Of a stretch of 64,000 nucleotides of DNA, positions 59,939 to 64,000 are shown in pieces. The stretch is from contig NC_057719.1 in assembly GCF_004010195.1 (NCBI RefSeq), positions 74,053,657 through 74,117,656 of the forward strand. The letters are read 5' to 3'. The notes under the pieces are model-generated. The model was not told the DNA's origin, made no database searches, and was given only the letters and a program-made list of their open reading frames with translations. Positions within the stretch are counted from its first letter, which is position 1. Every line of letters begins with the position of its first letter. The position numbers and the translations under genes were made by a program. The DNA comes from Chiloscyllium plagiosum (lineage: Eukaryota).

Positions 59939-60096
59939 TGCTTTCTCCCCACTGGTGCTGCCAGACCTGCTGAGTTTCACCAGAAATTTCTGTTTTGTTT
60001 CTGGTCTCCAGCGTCCACAGTTCTGTGTTTTACTTCATGAACTACGTTTGGTCTGGCAGCACCTGGGAAGAGAGACTGAGTTAGTGTTTTGAGTCC
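59900..60096 (+). mobile_element. Penelope-pLTR-derived short element (family C) with partial inverted second copy
   Basis: 'gacttgaaacgttaactctgctttctccccactggtgctgccagacc' is inverted at 60049-60096 as 'ggtctggcagcacctgggaagagagactgagttagtgttttgagtcc'. Confidence 0.8.
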
Positions 60097-62958
60097 CATT
60101 TCCTTTGATTTAAAGGAGCAAGTAACTTGGGCTTTTGAGGGGGATTGCCAGAGTTTAGGAGTATGGTTTGGACATGAAAATTTATGTCACTTTTCCAAAT
60201 TCATGTGGCATGCATCATATTTTTACTGGGGCAGTGCAATTTCATTGTTTCTTAGAAATCTGCTTCTTTTTATGATTAATGTCAATGTCTTGACATACTT
60301 TTCCAATTATAAGTGGTTAACAAAAAAAGTGGTGCCAATACTCAAAAACCAGCATTTTCCCCTTTATCACTGTTAAAATTGTAGTAAGTTCATGTCCCCT
60401 TTATTATGTTACTGAAGCCACAGATTATTACAGTGCCCCTAGGAATTCAATTTATGAATACTTTGAATCAAGCTCAGTTGGTGACCAGCTCAGTCAAGGC
60501 AGCACGGTCTGCATTGGCTGGTGTTCAGTACAGATGCTTTACACATTCAAGCATTATGTTCGCCAAAGCAGCAGATTTATCAATGGGCATATTGTGTGGC
60601 ATAGGCGAGCAACAGCAGCTTGTATGCAGAAGTGTGTTTGCCGGCTAGTGGATGTCGTGTCAACATTACAAGCCAGGGAAATGCTTCCTACATAAATTGT
60701 ACTTGTTAAAAGTCCTGAAGCACGTAAAATGTTTTTTTTTTTAGCTTATATGTTCCTTGATAAATGGCCAATATGCCCCTACCCCCAGACATTTGCTGTT
60801 ACTCAGAGTTCAGCATATAATTTAATTGGAGCACTTTGTACCCATATAATTAATTTGTTCAAATTCTTGGGAGCCACAGAGATGTATGGACAATGCATAT
60901 GAATAGCAGCTGTCATGGAAGATGAGCTGGGAACTTGTCAGGCGGGTGGAGAGAAAAGCAGCAGAACTCTTTTTAAAAACAGCTTCACAGGAGACCTTCA
61001 TCCAAGCTGAAGTGAAGAAGGGAAAGGAATAAATTTGTATCGTTTGCCCCCAAACTTGTCTTATTAAAAAAACATGGAAACTCCAAAACGATCTTGTCTT
61101 TTGGCACCAGACATCCCGTTGCTATTCTGCACCTGTCAGAAGAATTTAATGTTAGCAAATACATTTGCCTTGCGTTTAAGTGTGGATCTATATGCAGCAC
61201 TACAAATAAATAGTCAGGTCTGCAAGGAATGCAGTTGAAATTCTCATGACCTACCTTTTGAACCTTTTGTCACTTCTTTCCATTTTCCAAACCCACATCT
61301 GTTTGGCTCCAGAATTTTGTTTCGACCATATCCCTGTGAAATGCCAAAAAGTTAAATATTTGCAGTATTGGACTTTTTTTTCCTGCTTTTTAAACAAAGA
61401 CATTCTTTGCACATACGTTGCAGCTTTTTGGTCTAAATAATTAGAGTTGTTTTCCTGTAGCAGCTTTTTGTTTGATAAATTACTCAAATTGATTGATTGT
61501 GTGTATAATTGCCACTGGCCTGTAAAATGGGTCTTGTCAGAGATGATATGTGAGGCCATGATATGATGGAGAATGAGGTATAAAGAAAATTATAATTTAC
61601 CAGGTATTAAAATTTTGATGTAAACACCACCAGATCCGTGCAAATTCTACCCACATTCAGGTTGAACTATGTATTTCAAAAAGGGCAGATCATCAAACTT
61701 TTCATTTTTGGTTCATCTTAAATTACCTGCCCCCAGTGGAAACAGTGGTGGGTAGACTTGGCCACTCAGGAGTCTGATCATTGCATCAAGAAATGTCCTG
61801 CCTCAAGGATGAAAGATTACAGCTAATAATGTCTCTTTTTTTCCAAATGCATGCATCTTGTGGATTGACAATTGAAGCATCTTGGATATAGTATAGGGTA
61901 CAGGTAGAGGGCAAGAGAACACATTTAATGGTACTTGGATGTTGTTCAAAAGGCAGGAGTGAGTTAGCTAAAATTTAAGCTTCTGAAGACTCTCCATGAT
62001 GTAAGACTCTCCTGATTTGTGTATAGCACATCACTGTAAATTTTAGAAGCATAAGATCAGGCAACCTGGGATCTGTGGCCAAACTGTTTGAAATATTGTA
62101 CATTTTGCTATATAATATGTGATCTACCTGATTTTGAGATCATTTTAGTACGTTCAAATAACTTTTTCTAACCATTCTGCAATTATAGCATTGCTTTATT
62201 TGAACCTAGATGGAAATGGTATTTAATAGATTTTCTTGGAGATTACATTTGTGTCTGTCTTAAGCTCATTCTGACTTACCTGACCAAATATTGTAAAATT
62301 GCACACCAAAATGCAGGATAATTAAGTTATAACATATCACGTTGACTGTGACTGAACTGTCTTCTTATTTCTCTAAGTCTACAATGCAGTATTTGTGGTT
62401 GGTTATGAGATAAATGTTGTAAAGACTCCAGTAACTGTTGCATCTTTTCCTGCCTGTAGTTAATTTGTGTAATCTTTCCACTTATTAAAGTTAATGGGTG
62501 GGTTGGCTGACTCCCTCGAATAAAAATAACAGATGGCGGGTTTAAAAATCCAACCGCTCCAAAGCAATTTCCACCCAGTTTTAACAGGGACTGAGGAAAC
62601 TTTACCTTCCACATTCTGTTGAACATCTGTCTCATTTATCATCATTGTTTCTCCTTTTCATTGCTTTGGCTGATTGAATATGCACAATGGTTCTGGGACC
62701 TGATTCCTTTTCAGCCTAGGTACAGCAATGCTTTTCACACCTTGCTACCTGGTTTTCTAAATCACATTGACACAATTTTATTTCAAATACCCTAGTCCAT
62801 TGATAATTAGGCTCCACTACGTTGTATTGCCAACATCCATTATAACACATTGCCATGACCTTTGAAGAGTTTCTCTTGTAGATCCTGGATTTTGAAATAA
62901 TTTTTTGGGGTGTGAGCATTGCTGGCAAGGCCAGCATCTAATGCTGTAATTGAACTGG

Positions 62959-63310
62959 AGGCATCGTGGCTCAGTGGTTAGCACTGCTGCCTCACAGCGC
63001 CAGAGACCTGGGTTCGATTCCAGCCTCGGACAACTGTCTGTCTGTGTGGAGTTTGCACGTTCTCCCTGTTTCCCCTGGGTGCTCCAGTTTCCTCCCACAG
63101 TCCACAGATGTGCAGGTTAGGTGAATTGGCCTTGCTAAATTGCCCATAGTGTTCAGGGATGTGTAGGTTAGGTGCGTTAGTCAGGAGTAGATGTAGAGTA
63201 ATAAGGCAGGGGAATGGGTTTGGGTGGGATACTCTTCGGACAGTCAGTGTGGACTTGTTGGGCTGAAAGGTCTGTTTCCACACTGTAGGGATTCTATGAT
63301 TCTATTCTAT
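62959..63310 (+). mobile_element. HE1/V-type SINE, full length
   Basis: A/B boxes, V-core, tail 'gattctatgattctattctat'. Confidence 0.93.
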
Positions 63311-63504
63311 GCATTGTGCTTGCTGGGCCACTTCAGAGAAGAGTTAACCCCATAAGACGTATGAATAGAAGTAGACCGTAGTTCTGGAGTGGAGATGGAT
63401 AAAATGGAGTAGTAACTTGTTATTTCCATCATGTTATTTTAGTACCTGGAGCCCTGAGAGATTCTAGGTGCATCTGTAGGGCACAAAAAGCACTGACTTA
63501 GAGC

Positions 63505-64000
63505 AATAGAATCGTACAGCAAGGAAACGGACACTTTGGTCAGCCGGTTCATCCCGACCATGTTCCCAAACTAAACTAGTCTCACCTGCCTGCACTTGGC
63601 CCATATCCCTCCAAACCTTTCTTGTTCACATTCTTATCCAAATGTCTTTTAAATATTGTAACTCCATGTGCATCCACCACTGTCTCTGGCAGTTCATTCC
63701 ACACGTGAGCCACTCTTTTTTTTAAAAACGTTGCCTCTCATGCCCTTTTTAAATCTTTCTTCGCTCCCCTGAAAATATGTCCCCTAGTTTTGAACTCTCC
63801 CACCCTAAAGGAAAAGACACCTTCCATTCACCTTATCTATGCCCCTTATAATTTTATAAAACTCAATAAGGTTATTTCTTGAACTCCAACATTCAAGTGA
63901 AAAAAGTTTTAATTTTTCCAGTATATTCTTGTATCTTAAATGCTCCATTCCTGGCATCATCCGGGTAAATCACTTCTGAACCCTATCCAGTTTAATAATA
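63505..64000 (-). mobile_element. CR1 LINE 3' fragment running off the window
   Basis: Similar to 10655-11060 and 757-1130 ('cccaaactaaactagtctcacctgcctgcacttggcccatatccctccaaacc'). Confidence 0.92.

Noticed and set aside
1..64000. Prokaryotic-type systems (operons, defence islands, phage genes)
   Set aside because: The sequence is vertebrate repeat-rich DNA; all recognisable coding remnants are transposon-derived.

Overview
This is eukaryotic, CpG-depleted, repeat-dominated intronic or intergenic DNA. The repeat set (HE1/V-type tRNA SINEs sharing a 3' tail with CR1/HER1-type LINEs, DeuSINE-like elements) points to a cartilaginous fish (shark); that assignment is an inference from recalled family sequences. 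There are three assembly gaps. No host protein-coding gene can be identified, only weak micro-exon candidates. The largest feature is a near full-length ~6.65 kb L1-clade retrotransposon (50650-57298, +) with ORF1, a long inter-ORF spacer, a disabled EN-RT-CCHC ORF2, a TT/AAAA target site, a TSD and a YY1-like motif at its 5' end. Other repeats include many CR1 fragments, a second CR1-group LINE with its partner SINE, three Tc1/mariner-type MITEs, solo-LTR candidates, a Gypsy gag relic and a recent 192-bp tandem duplication. The most interesting theme is a set of Penelope-like elements and very short fold-back derivatives. About ten sites carry recognisable minimal hammerhead-ribozyme cores (CUGANGA...GAAA..UH) in at least four sequence families, with different but base-paired helix II and a palindromic helix III (ACGU/AGCU). 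Repeat boundaries are read by eye and approximate unless TSDs or TIRs are given.
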